DNA from: Camelus dromedarius
Lineage: Eukaryota
DNA length: 64,000 nucleotides
Assembly: GCF_036321535.1 (NCBI RefSeq)
Contig: NC_087436.1
Location: 57,476,001 to 57,540,000, forward strand
Direction: 5' to 3'
Made by a program: the position numbers and the translations under genes. Positions 26,310 through 38,926 of the stretch are shown piece after piece (the stretch's first letter is position 1; each line of letters begins with the position of its first letter). The notes under the pieces were generated by a model. That model was not told the origin of the DNA. It saw only the letters and a list, made by a program, of their open reading frames with translations, and searched no databases.

Positions 26310-26470
26310 ACAAAAGGAAGTACATAAGACTGATAGTAGGGAAATCTGGAATTTTCTGTAATTCAGACTCTGCCAGGATATAACTATATGGCTATGGCCC
26401 ATTTATCATTCATCTCAGAAACTTTGTTTCCCACAATGATCTGGATAAAGATGGCTGTGAAACAGATGAT
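26310..26470 (+). mobile_element. MIR-like fragment
   Basis: cagactctgcca...actatatggctatggccc...catctcagaaactttgtttccc. Confidence 0.45.
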
Positions 26471-27179
26471 AAATTATGACTATTTCACTTTCAAGAGTCT
26501 GTGGTTATGTGATTTTAGGCTGACAAGGTGCCTGTGGACTTTATACCTGTATGTGTATCCCTCGTACAGACGGAAAACTAGGAATACAGCCTTGGGGATG
26601 TAGTAGGAGACTTGTTGTTTTCCTTCTATAAGCAAAAAAAAAATCTTATTTTATTAGTAGGTCTTTCTTCACCCCCTGTGAAAACAGGTTAAGATTTAGT
26701 GACTATAAGAGACAAAGTTTCTACTTTCAAGGAGATATTCTGCTAATAAAAGAAATAATTATGATATCTTACTGGAATAAAGATAATGGCCAATTAGGAG
26801 GTAGGCGTAGGTGAAAATCTAGGAGATTTCTATCCAATACACCAGTTAATATTGTTTTGTTAAGTCCCTACAGTCAAAGCACTGTTCAAAACACTGGTTC
26901 AAGTTATAGAGAAACCAATTGATTAATAACAGAGATTCTATAGGGGCAAAAGGAACAACCACCACGAAAGGGTTGGAAAAATTGTGTGATGTGATCAATA
27001 CAGCAGTTATGAAAAGTGATGCTGGCTGTTTAAGAAGAGCTCGTGATTGATGAGGTGGGAAAAATTAAACAAGTGGAAGTGATGAAGCAGCGCAAAAGGA
27101 CATTATAACTTTGACTGGTTATTGTTAGTCCACTGCATAATTTTGGTTTACAGATTCAACATTGAAATATTTTCTCCTT

Positions 27180-27300
27180 ATGCTCTCTAAGACTTAGTTT
27201 CTTAATCTATAAATAGGTATAATAATCCTTCCCTCAATGAGGCTTTGCAAGAATTAAATGAGATCAGATAGACTGTAAGTAAACAGCACATGACTGAATA
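27180..27300 (+). mobile_element. MIR fragment
   Basis: ctctctaagacttagtttcttaatctataaataggtataataat...gaattaaatgagat. Confidence 0.65.
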
Positions 27301-27399
27301 TGAAGATCAAAAATTGAAAAAAAGGTGAAGAGTAAAGAAGCACGGGGAGGGGATGAGAACAGTAAACAGCAAGGATGGCAAACACCGTGCATCAGAGCA

Positions 27400-27560
27400 G
27401 CCGTGCTCCGAGGCGGGGCTCTACAGAGCACGTAAGCCTCAGCTGGAACATTTTAGAAATGCAAATTATGCACATCTCCAGAGTCAGAAACTGGGGTCGG
27501 GGCCCAGAATTCTGTGTTTTAACAGGCCCACCAGAATGCTGAGGTATGAGAACCACCATG
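27400..27560. mobile_element. MER5A-like hAT-Charlie MITE
   Basis: ttagaaatgcaaatt...gagtcagaaactgggg...ggggcccagaattctgtgttttaaca...tgagaaccac. Confidence 0.7.
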
Positions 27561-28279
27561 TAAGTCAACCACAAGCAGAGCTGAGGCAGTCCAGAGCAGC
27601 AGTTCATGTTTTCATTTAAGAACCAGTTACCCAGCCCCAACTCTGGTACAGGACTGCTGTAGATCCTGAAGATACAGAGATTGCAGAATTCGCTGTCATT
27701 ACTCACTAGGCACTTTTCCAGTCACTTCTTTGTTAGCGCCTTTTCCTCTTTTAACTCTAATGTCAGTGCTGGTGGCTTGGATCTCTTTTCGCTGCCTATA
27801 TTTGGTCTGGATTTTTTCCCCTTGTTACTCTATATTGATAAATTCCAAAGATGATAAAATACAGAAACACAAATATTTCTATATTTCTAAATACAGAAAC
27901 ACAGTGCTCAAAGTTTCTATATAGAAGGTAAAATACAGAAACTTGCTCTGAGTTTCAGCACTCAGCAAGAAACAGATTATCGGCACCCCAGAAGACCTCT
28001 TCATGTCCTTCCACACCCTTCCAACCACTCCCACTCCCTGTCCCCAGTGTACTCATCATCTTTTGTCTCTATATTTTCGGGTATGATTAGAGCTGGATTT
28101 GCTGGGGAAGACATGCTGAGGGTGGGTCATTAGCTGGAACCCACAGAACACATAAGATTTGAATAGGTTTGGAGAGAAAGGGATAATTGTAACACGATGT
28201 GCTGAGAGAATTAATTAGGTGACTGTGAAAAAAGGAGAGGAAAGCAAAAAAGGGACATCTGAAAGCAAATTATGTCTTC

Positions 28280-29060
28280 AACCTTTTTTTCTTCATCTCT
28301 ATACCTTTTCCATGGGCTATGTCTGTCTTTCACCATTAATAAAGAGTTTGCCCAAGTCTGTATCTCTCCTCCACCCTCTCCCTCGAGTTCCCAGCCTTCA
28401 CTGTCACTTGTCTGTCATAGTCTTCATATTTCGCCATATGGACACATCATTCTCCAGTGTCTCAAACTCAACATGTCTAGATCAAAACGAGTGAGCACTT
28501 TCACTCTCAAGCCAAGTTTTTGCTTCTGGCTTCTTTTTCATGAATAACTTCCTCATCGCCCAGCCAGCAAGGCTAAGGATCTCAAAATCATGTTTGGTTT
28601 GCCTTTCCTTCATCTCTGTGTCCAGCCGGTGGCTAACATTACCTTTACAGAATCTCTCCATTTCCTTCTAATTCTATTGCCTTTAGTTCAGGTCTTTCAT
28701 TTTCTTTAGTGATTTGTTCATCCACTCATTTAAATAATATTCACCAAACATCCACTATGTGGTAGGCTTTCTTCTGGATGCTTGGACCAAATCTCCAAAT
28801 AAAGCAGACAAAAATCCCTGCCTTCTTGGAGTTTATGTTACAGATGTAGTAATGGCTTCCTATCGGTATCCTCCTTTCTAATTAATTCCTTTTTTATTTC
28901 ATTACATACATTCTTTCTAGACTGATCAAAAAGCATAATTCTGATTCTGGCTAGTCTTGACTAAATTCATCAATGACTCCCCATATCATAATCCACCCAG
29001 CTTGGCGGGGGTATTCAGGGCCCCGGGGTTTTGCTCTGTTCTAGCTCACCAGTCTTAATG
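28280..29060 (+). mobile_element. L2 fragments, with a short opposite-strand L2 3' end at about 28715-28840
   Basis: tctcaaactcaacatgtcta...ttgcctttagttcaggtcttt; inner ttcatccactcatt...ccactatgtggtaggc...cagacaaaaatccctgcc. Confidence 0.6.
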
Positions 29061-29804
29061 AAGTGTTCGGCACCACTCTACTGCCTATATTTTGGTTTGG
29101 AGATAATTTGTTTGGCAAATTTCTGCAGTTGCTAAAAAACACAGAAGAGATTCAGAGTAGTAAAATTGGCATTGATTAGCTCAAAGAAAGTGAGAGACTG
29201 ACTAGAAGGGTCATGCTGACTTTTATAGGAAGTGTAACAGAGATCTTAGTTAATTAAAAAAGAAACAAAAAATTGATTAAAATCACCATAAAAATATTAC
29301 TGCAGAAAACATGATTTTGGAATGAAAACCTTATCAGAACAGAAATCCCAGCACACTTTTGTTCAGGTTGCTGGCTCCTCCCATCATGTCCCATGTCTCA
29401 CCACAGAACATGGGTAAGAATATTATTAAGGTGTAATTTTTATATATATTTCCTGAGACCAGTAATACATAAAATAAAAACAAGTTGGATTTCTAAAACA
29501 AAAACAAAAATAAGTTGGATTTCAATCATTTGAAATAGTTACTTAATGTTACTGTAAACATAAATAGCTTCATTAAATGACAGGTATAGAATGGATTATT
29601 AAGAAAAAAAGTGAATGCACACTTTGAGGTAAATCTCTGTTTGGAGTCAGTGTTAAAGCAGGGAACTATGTTCATTAAAACAAAAATCACTGGGGCCTCT
29701 GTTAGACATTATTCTGGACTATATAATATATAGAATCATAAATGTTATTCCATATGGAAATCTTATATTTTTATCTGAGCCATAATTAAGTTCTAGAAAT
29801 AGTA

Positions 29805-30180
29805 CAGTTGGCCCTCTGTATCTGCAGGTTCCACATCCGCAGCTTCAACCAACCAAAGATCAAAAATATTCAGAAAAAAACTTTCAGAAAGTTCCCAAAA
29901 GCAAACTTTGAATTTGCCACATGCTAGCAACTATTTACATAGCATTTACATTATATTTACAACTATTTACATAGTATCTACATTTTATTAGGTATTATAA
30001 GTAATCCTAACATGATTTAAAGTATTCAGGAAAAAAAGGGAAAAAATAAAGTATACAGGAGAATGCACATACGGTTTTTGAAAATCCTCTGCCATTTTAT
30101 GTGAGAGACTTGAGCATCCATGGATTTTGGTATCCATCGGGGTCCCGGAACTGATCCCCTGTGGATACTGAGGGACTCTG
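29805..30180 (-). mobile_element. MER2-like Tigger MITE, full length
   Basis: TA|cagttggccctctgtatc ... ggatactgagggactctg|TA; internal gacttgagcatccatggattttggtatcc. Confidence 0.9.
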
Positions 30181-30699
30181 TAGGTTCTGTTTCATAGTAC
30201 TAGGCATTCCAATGTGAGTACACAATCTGACTAATTATGAAGTTAGCTTTTTTGAGCTGCTCAAAGAACTATGAAATGAGACAGATAAAAGGCAATTATG
30301 GATTGGCCCAATTAAAAAGTCATGATAAATGAAAACTTCCATGAAGGAAGAATTAAAGTTTTGGTCAAGTACAGTCTTAAGCTATTTGTAGTGAAAAGAT
30401 AAGAGGGAGGGAAAATAATTACAGTATCCTCCCACAGCTTTCAATTTCCAGTACTTTCTTGTTTACTGATCAGCTGATGCAAGACAGCTTCAATTTCAAA
30501 TGCCTCCCTCATCATAATGGGCGACTCTTTACTGTTGGCAGGTTGTTTAAGTTTCTGAAAGTCACCCAAATTTCAAGTAAACTAAAATGCCCATCAGCAT
30601 TTAGTGTGAGAGAAGGCAGCTTCCCGAGAAGGCATGAAGATCATCTGGATGCTATCACCCTGGTGCACAGTGGCGCCAGGGCTTAGGCTTGTGGGACTA

Positions 30700-30930
30700 G
30701 GAACTAGGGGAGGGTGACAGACGTTATGATTTCAGACCTGGCTCTGCCACTTACTAGCTTTCTGACCTTGGAAAGCTGCTAATCTTTTCTGTGACTCAGT
30801 TTCCTCACCTGTAAAATGAAGCCAATCACGGTATTTATCTCTCATGGTTACGGTGAGGATTAAATGACTTAGGGCACTTGTACTAGTACCTGGCTCAAAG
30901 TACATCTTTAATGGATGTTAACTATTATTT
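30700..30930 (+). mobile_element. MIR SINE
   Basis: cctggctctgccacttactagct...ctcagtttcctcacctgtaaaatg...gtgaggattaaatga. Confidence 0.85.
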
Positions 30931-31126
30931 TAGGCTATAGTATAGTTTCTCTATAAATTAAATATAACCCAATCCATAACACTTTATCCATCATTTGTGC
31001 TACTTTTCCTGAATGTCTATAAAATAATGACAATTTTAAAACAGATATTCGTTATGTTTATGACTTAACAAAGTGTATATACTAACTAATACTCCTGACT
31101 CCTTTATGTAAGATATAAATGCATTT

Positions 31127-31258
31127 ATTTTATTTCTTATCTCATTTTTGGGGGGAGGGTGGAGGTAATTAGGTTTACTTATTTATTTTAGAGGATTGAA
31201 CCCAGGACCTTGCTCATGATAAGCATGCGCTCTACCACTTGAGCTATACCCTTCCCCC
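31127..31258 (-). mobile_element. tRNA-derived SINE, Vic-1-like, with a short deletion 3' of the B box
   Basis: ggattgaacccaggacc...ctctaccacttgagctatacccttcccc; probable TSD aaatgcattt (31117-31126) / aaacgcactt (31261-31270). Confidence 0.85.
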
Positions 31259-31339
31259 TCAAACGCACTTCTTAACACATTAATTTTACTAGCAAATTTT
31301 AGAGATAAAATTTTTAACAAAGACAACTGGCAAAACAGG

Positions 31340-31500
31340 GCAGGGATAGAACACTGGACTGACAACCAGGACTTGTAGTCCCCAGGGCATGTTCTGACCC
31401 AGGATTAGACTCTGGGCAGGTCACCCAGCCTCCCTTCCTGGTTTCATATATGTAAAATTAGAGAGTTCATCTCAATGCATGCCAAAGTCTCATTCATGGC
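31340..31500 (+). mobile_element. MIR/MIR3 fragment
   Basis: gatagaacactggact...gactctgggcaggtcac...gtttcatatatgtaaaat. Confidence 0.55.
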
Positions 31501-31800
31501 TCACAGTCTAAGGTTATTTTCTTCTACTAACATAGTTATCATGGGAGCCTGTGTGCCTATTCCCATGTTGTTACTGTGCTTACAGTATTTTAAGAGTTTA
31601 TAAAAAAGGAGCACATTTTTTGATTATCCTCAATGACATAAAATTTTCTCTTTAAAAGGAGTCTGAATTTTTAAGACAGTAAAAAGTATCTTGGGGCTAA
31701 GTCTTGGGAGTAAAATGGCTCTTTTGAATAGAAAAAATGTGATGTAAGTATAATGGAATAAAAGTGTTTCTGAGAGAGGCTTCTGAGAGACTCTGGAGGC

Positions 31801-31857
31801 TGTGTATGTGTGTGTGTGTGTCAGTGTGTGTGTGCGACGTGTGTGCGTGAACGTGTG
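31801..31857. repeat. (TG)n imperfect microsatellite
   Basis: tgtgtatgtgtgtgtgtgtgtcagtgtgtgtgtgcg. Confidence 0.85.
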
Positions 31858-33058
31858 CTTCCAAATGCAGTACACATTTATAGTTTTAGGTTCTGCAATG
31901 TTTTGTTAAAAACTCAGCCTTTAGTCTCACCTAATAAGTATGCTTTTTGTAAAACAGCTGCCTTTTGAATGAAACAATACTTACTGAGATCTAGAAACAG
32001 CACACATGTTATTTTTAAAAAAGGCTGATCTGACTTGCTCCTTGCAAGGCAACTCGGTCCAATGTCATGTTATCCAGCGGAAATGCTATCGCTGTGCACC
32101 CCACATGGGTCAGTTATCTCCTCTGTACCTCAGTACTCTTCTCAGAAAAGCCTAATAAGGATGCTTGTTTATAAATGGTACTCTCTTGTTCCTTGGATGA
32201 AGTGTTCCCCCAATGCTGTATGACGTAAGTACAAGCAAAACAGAATCTTGTAACACTTCAAAATCTACTCCCTGCGACTGCACTGTCTGAGGGCTGGAGT
32301 ACTCAGGAGTGAGAACGCTGCATGCTTCCTAAGAGTAGTCTTGACATTTTCCTAAAATTTTGCTACTGCTTTGCAAGATTAATAAAAGTAATTTCAAATC
32401 ATACAGTGCACATATGATAAATATTTTTGAAATATTCACATACTGGAAATATCATCAACTGTACTTATAGTCCCTTTTATTTAGACTAAATACTGAAACA
32501 AATGTGAATTACTTAGGTTCTCCACCAGACACAGCAGAGTGACTGGTAAAGCCCACGGGGTATTAGGCATGAAAATAGCTCCACCCAGATTAAGGAAATA
32601 GAAAAAAAAAATAACCCAAAGGCTACTCATTTTCCCTCTTTTATTGAAGTTCCCTAAATTCAACATTCTAAATTTAAAACAAATGTTTTAAAGGGAGGTT
32701 GCTCTGAAATAGCACTAGTACATTCCTTTCACAGTGGTTTCCAGAGGCCATTCCTTGTTTAATATATGCATATTACATGAGAAAAGAAAATGATTTCCTT
32801 CATTGAAATGTTAAAATGTATGCTATTGCCTTAGATTAAAATATACATATAAAAACATATTATTTTATTTCTCCCTTTGAAAGTGAACTTTCAATGTTCT
32901 CTCTCGTTTTGCAACTCCTCAGACTTTTCTTACTTTATATAAACATGTCCATCTAAACTATCTTGTTTTCTTGATCTAGAACAGAGAGTGTGGATGTGAT
33001 AAAACCGGTTGTTTTTAGTGGGGGTGTGTGTGTGTGTGTGTATAAATGTTGGTATATA

Positions 33059-33275
33059 CAGTTGACCTTTGAACAACTCAGGGTTAGCAGTGCCGACCTT
33101 CCTGTTAGAGCACATTTGCATGTCACTTTGCCCTCTGTATCCAAGGTTCCTCCATATCTGTCATTCTGCATTCCTGGATTCAACCAGCTGTGGACTGTGT
33201 AGTACAGTACTGAAAAAAAATCTGCACGTATGTGGACCCGAGCAGTTCAAACCCGTGTTGTTCAAGGGTCAACTG
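33059..33275. mobile_element. Tigger1a-like MITE (artiodactyl type), 217 bp
   Basis: Near-perfect TIRs cagttgacctttgaacaac / gttgttcaagggtcaactg, with TA on both sides. Confidence 0.9.
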
Positions 33276-33849
33276 TATATATAATTTTTAAAAATAACAT
33301 CTGGGGTGTGAGAGCAGAACGATACTACTGCAGATGTGTGAACATGATTTGAGCAACTACAGAACAAAAATCTAAGCCAGAAGATTGTTTGAAATAATAT
33401 CCACTGGGTAGTGGATTATCATATTGTTGTTTTAAAATAATAACTGCTTTTCTAGAAAATCACTTTCCAGTTGGTTTTACCTGAAGGTGGAATTGAGCTG
33501 ATGCAAAACTTGTAGTAGATGACCAAGGAGGCAAAATAAGAGTTGGAAAGAGTGGGCTCTTTGTGGCTGCTCGAATCCGCACATCCTTTTCCTTTCGGGT
33601 TCCCAGACCATATGCTTGCCTCTGATTTCCACCGAGTCCTGTCCATCCTTTGTCAAGCTGTACCTTTTTCCCCCTAATCTTTTCTCCTTATTTTCATTGA
33701 GACTATTCTCACTGCTTCACAGCTGGAACACTATAACCGCCTTGTAAATGGCCTTCCTCACTTAAGCTCTCTCTTTGTCCAACCCAACACCTTGGACTCA
33801 AATGCTCCTCTGTCCAGATACTCTCCTCCTCAGAACCCTGCAAAGTTGG

Positions 33850-34070
33850 TGTGGGGTCCTGAAGGAGGACATGTACACTGATCTGGGTTTGAGTCCTAGC
33901 TCCACTTGTCATTGATGTGTGACTTTGGTAAGATACCTAACTCTGTCTCAGTTTCCTCAAATTTTTAAGTGCAATTAATAAATATCCAATTCGCAGAGTT
34001 GTAGTAAGCATCATATGAAACACATCCAGTGTTTAGCATACAATGTGCTTAACAGACGACAGCTATCAAC
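33850..34070 (+). mobile_element. MIR SINE
   Basis: ctgggtttgagtcctagctccactt...tgtgtgactttggtaag...tctcagtttcctca. Confidence 0.8.
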
Positions 34071-35399
34071 ACTCTGGTGTATCCCATTCAATTTTAGCTT
34101 CTCTACCTGTATCCACCTGTCAGCATACTCTCCATTCAAGTTGTTCCTTTTCATTGTCCTTTCAACACTTAATGACTATTTTCATTTGTGGTTTTATGTT
34201 TCTCTGAGTGTCTTACCTGTACCTGTCCCCATATGCAAATTCTATTTACCCTTGATGTCTTCCAGCTCAAGTCTAATAAAATATTTTCTATCCTATTCAG
34301 CAATAGTTTCATTTTCTCTATTTATTGTCTATACCATAGAGTTTAACGTATAAGCTCGTATTGCTTACTGTTTACATAGGTATCTTGGTACTGTCACTCC
34401 TGCTCTCAGAGTGGAGGGACTGTATATATTTTGTATGTCTACATGGAAAGCAATGAACTGTTTAGCTGCTGGTTATAAGTACCTGTGTGGGAGATTCTTC
34501 CAGACAACCCAGTGCAGAGATTTAGGTTGGCTGGTGGCTGATTTTGGAGCTGCTAACTAGGCAATCAATAAAGGCTGCTTTTTCTCTCTTCCTGAAAAAG
34601 GAGCAAAGGACTGCGAAAGTACCTCATTCTGTTGGGAAATAAAAGGTTAGGGCTCTGTGCTTTTAGGTTAAAGGAGTATTTTCTATCTTTCTTGTGGGAA
34701 TGAAAGCATAAAAATTCCTACAGCACAGAGTGGAAAGAAAGGTGGACACGTGCTGTTTGTTTTGTTTTTCTTCTCAGTTTTTTATTAATCATTGTATGAA
34801 AGATTGGAGAAACCAAGAGAAACAGAAAATTATTATAAGAGGAGATAGAAAACTTAAAAAAAAAAAAACCAAGCAAGTACAACTTATAGATATTCAGTGT
34901 ATTTGAGTATAAGTAAGTAGGATGATCTTTGAGCATAAAATTAGGTAGATCTTTTATTCATTCATCAAATATTTACTGAATGATGACTCTGTGCTTTCAT
35001 GAGGTAGGCACTAGGGAATCACAGACATACGCCTGAACTCAAGGGCCTTACCAACACGAGGCAGGACCCAGGAGGTAAGACATATTAAGATAGAGGAAGG
35101 TCAAAAGATTTAATGGTCTTTTTCTGAATCCAAGTAAACATACAAAATAAAGTAGTAGATATTCCAATAGTTAACAGTGGAGGGGAAAAAAAGACTATAT
35201 TCAAGGAGTTTCAAACTAATGAAATAAAGAAGTATTGCCATTTAGACCAATAATGAAAACATAACATAAATCAAGGATTAATTCTATTAATTAGTAGATT
35301 AATTCTATTCTGTGCCCTTAAGAGACAGAAGAAGAGCAAGAGAGAAAAGAGAGACAAGCTCTAAGTGTTTGTTTAAAGCAGTTTGTTAAAGGGGGATGT

Positions 35400-35600
35400 C
35401 AATTTTAGGAGCCAGACTGTCTGGGTTTGAATCTCAGCTCTAATACTCAGTAGTTTTGTGAACTTGGAGAAATTACTTTACCTCATTATGTCTCAGTTTT
35501 TCTGTCTATAAAATGAGGAGATAGAAAACTCATAGGCTGCTACTTGTAAGAACTTAGGATCTGGCACACAGTAAGCATTATACAGTATGTTTCATATTAT
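35400..35600 (+). mobile_element. MIR SINE
   Basis: ggagccagactgtctgggtttgaatctcagctct...tctcagtttttctgtctataaaatgagga. Confidence 0.8.
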
Positions 35601-37689
35601 TCTTATAAGTTTTTAGGAGAAAGATAAGGGAAGACAGGGTGCATGCTGACCAGAAAACTAAACATGGAATTAGAAATTTTGAAAATTTTCCAGTTTTATT
35701 GCTTTTTTGTGACTCTTGAGCAAGTCATTTACCCCTTTGGACTAGTTCCCTCCCTGGTTAAAAAAAAAAAAAAGGAACTACTTACTGTTCATTCAATTTC
35801 TAAAAATTCTGAACTTCTGTGATTAGGTTGAAATATTGTTTATGCATCTCTGCCATTACCCACGAATTCAACAAAGTCAGTCTCCATGCAGTTTGAGATA
35901 CACCCTTGTTTTTGTGCCACTAGGTGGTTCCATCCCCAAGGTTTAGGGTTAGCAGCCAATAGGCAAAAAGGGACTCTTTTATTGAGGAAGCATAAAATTC
36001 AACTCATGAATTAATTATTCCTTGACACCCACTAAGATTTGAGAACAGAGGTGAACTTGTGCTAAATGCCCTATAAGTATTTTTTAAAGTAGTATTTTTA
36101 GCCTTTGGAAGAGTTAAGGTTCTAAGATCAACACTGCAATTAATTTTATTAACAACATAATGATATTACTCTGAAAAATTCAGTTCTCTTCCATTCTTAA
36201 ATGTCTTTAATGTAACAGCTCTTGACTAAGTAATTTTTTATACTAAGAACTATTACAAGACAAAGGCCACCTAAAACATTAGATGAACAAATAGGGCAGA
36301 GAGTTCATTGTAAACGTCACCACCACACCAGCACTCTGACCCACATATCCGGGGACATAAATAAATACTTTAACTTCTGCCAAGGTGTCTCGCAATTTTA
36401 GAGATCAAAGGAACAAAGCTCTTCTATCCAAACTGACAGTCTTACATGCCATAGCACTTACTGGTCCTTAAAAGTCACTCCTGCGCACCTCAGCTCATAT
36501 ACAATTGTACACGCGAGTGTATCACGGCAGCCCAGGTCTCTGATGCCTAACAAGAACCTTGCTCATTTGCTTAGTGTATTTACTTGGAGATTAATAATCA
36601 TGCACTAGTATGCAACTGTGTAATACATAAACGTACATTTCATCTGATTGTTCTGAAGTCACTAAAATGTAAAAGCATATAAGGTACGGGCAGATAGCTG
36701 ATAATAAATGCAGTTACTACATAACTATATAATACTCATTTTAGATATTAATATTTATTATATATTAAAGTAGTTTTGATATCTTATATGTTATGGTGTA
36801 GGCACATAGTCATCTGAGAAGTAATTAGTCTTTATTTAATAAAAATCACTCTGAATACTGTCATTTCCATTAAAAATAATCACATTAGCAATCAGTGATC
36901 TGGCTTAATCAATGGTCCAGGATAAGCTGTCATATTAAAGCTATTTATAATAATTTCTAAAGTGTACTGCAATTATTAAATTTGATGATCTTCCTAATTT
37001 TTAAAATCAGTGACTAAGAAGGAGTTCTCCTTTCTCTAATGGCTATAGCAAAAGGGAAGGAATGCAGATATTTCCCGAGTTCAGGGAGAGAGCCTGGGAG
37101 ATAGATGAATGTGGCACGTGTGCACTGGGGCGGGGGGGGGGGGGGAGAGGGGGCTGGCACATTGATGCTGGCCAGATGTGTCTCTTTCCCAGCTCTCTCT
37201 TCCAGAAGTCTGGGGAACCAGGATGCTGCGTGTCATTATTAAGGAACTCGACAGAAAAGGACAATTTAAATTGTCAGTCTCCATAATACAAATCAAATAA
37301 AGGAAAAATAATGCTGAACACAATACTGATTTCTAGCAGTTCACTGAAGTATACTCACTGAGAATTAAAATCTCTGTCAGCTAAAGCACCACAGAGATCA
37401 TCAGAAATGGAACACTTGGTCTGATTGGTTAAATATTTCTTTAATTGCTATTATGCCTGTATATTGATTTTACTGGCTTCATTTTTTTTTCCATAAAAGA
37501 CCCAGAAATCAGGTCTGGAAACAAACAAAAAAAGGCCTGTAGCGAAGGTAAAAACCAACTAACTGCAACTAAGCAATAAACAAACCTTTTCTTGACAACC
37601 TGGTTTATGTTAAGGATCCGTTAAACTCTTCTGCTGTTCTTGTACCATAAAACCCAGGCATCCCCTTCACTCCATGATGCTTTTTATCT

Positions 37690-38410
37690 TCACTTCCAAA
37701 TTCATAAAAACCACAGTGTGCTTCATTGATTAAAAGCATCTTTCTATATATTCTTTCCTCCCCTTCTCCCCTGGCCCAGTTCCGGACCAGGCCTTCATTA
37801 TCTCACGCGTTCCAGTCTGTTCTAGTCTTTGCCAACTGAAATCCATATTTGCTATCAAAACTAGATTAGCTTTCCCTTAAATACCATCTTCATGATTTTA
37901 CTCCTGGGCTCCAGAAAGGACAATGGGTTCTTGTAGTAGCTTGTGGCCTACAATATGAATTCCAAACTTCACACTGCCTTGCAGATTAACCTGATGTCTT
38001 CATTGTTCCCCAACATATTCTACCCTTTCCCGCTTCTATTCTGTTCTCTTTCTGTTTCTCTAATAATTCTCTATTTTTTTCCCTTCAGTCTAATTATTCT
38101 CTACTAATCCTTCAAGGTCAATCTCAAGGTTCACCTTTTCTGAAGAGCTTTCATTCGTGTTTCCTCTGATTAACTCTTTATTCTGTATGGCATTTAATTC
38201 TTCAATATCTCAACTACACAATTTAACACGGTATAAATAAGCAATACCAATAAATGTCAGTGCACATTTATAGGAATATTGGTATTGTTCGTGCTTCCAT
38301 ATGCATGCGTCTTGTATCTTCAGCTAAACCACAAGTGCCTTTCAGGTAGATTCCCTGTGGCATAATTGACTTTCCACTTTGTTTCCCTTAGAATCTATTC
38401 ATCAATAAAT
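37690..38410 (+). mobile_element. L2 fragment
   Basis: ccaggccttcattatctcac...aatccttcaaggtcaatctcaa...ttcatcaataaataagttttgat. Confidence 0.55.
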
Positions 38411-38517
38411 AAGTTTTGATGGATTGACATTATTTATACCTTAGTACTTTACTTGCCAATTTATGCATATTTTGGTTTTGTCTTACACTTAGAATTTTAT
38501 TAGAGCCAGAAGGGACC

Positions 38518-38926
38518 ACTGGTAGATTGTATTATTGTATAATTTGTATAATTTTTTACTCCCTTCTCCTCTTTGTGTGGAGTACACTCACCCACCCTGC
38601 TGATCTGGGGCTTGGTCATGAAACTCTGCTTAGCTAGTGGTCTGTGAGTAGGGATGATGTGTGCCACATCGTGCAAGAAGCACAGGAGGTGCTGCAGGTT
38701 TCTGCCAGCCTCCTTCCCAGGTTCTCCCTGAAGTGGGAACGGCTTGTCCCCGCCAGGACCGCTTCTCTGGCCTGGGCCCTGGGATGAGAAGCTGCACGGG
38801 GAACTGCCGGTGACCTACAACTTGTAGCCAAACCACAGTCCTCATGTTCCCAGAGTGAGAAATAACTAATTTTTTAAAGTCACTGATGCTTTGGGTTGTT
38901 TGGTACTCAGAAGAGGTAATTAATGT
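38518..38926 (+). mobile_element. MLT1I/J-like MaLR LTR
   Basis: ggggcttggtcatga...tgatgtgtgccacatc...gcctgggccctgggatgag...gtgagaaataa...aagtcactgatgctttgggttgtttg. Confidence 0.65.

Noticed and set aside
30803..30825. ttttacag|gtgagg recursive-site-like motif on the minus strand
   Set aside because: Generic by-product of the MIR core sequence.
35915..35929. CTCF-like ccactaggtggtt, and ccacccaggggcag on the minus strand near 16258-16275
   Set aside because: Each has a mismatch at a highly conserved core position.
37127..37157. G-run with G-quadruplex potential (similar run at 2482-2499)
   Set aside because: Simple homopolymer-type tracts on the template strand with no supporting context.
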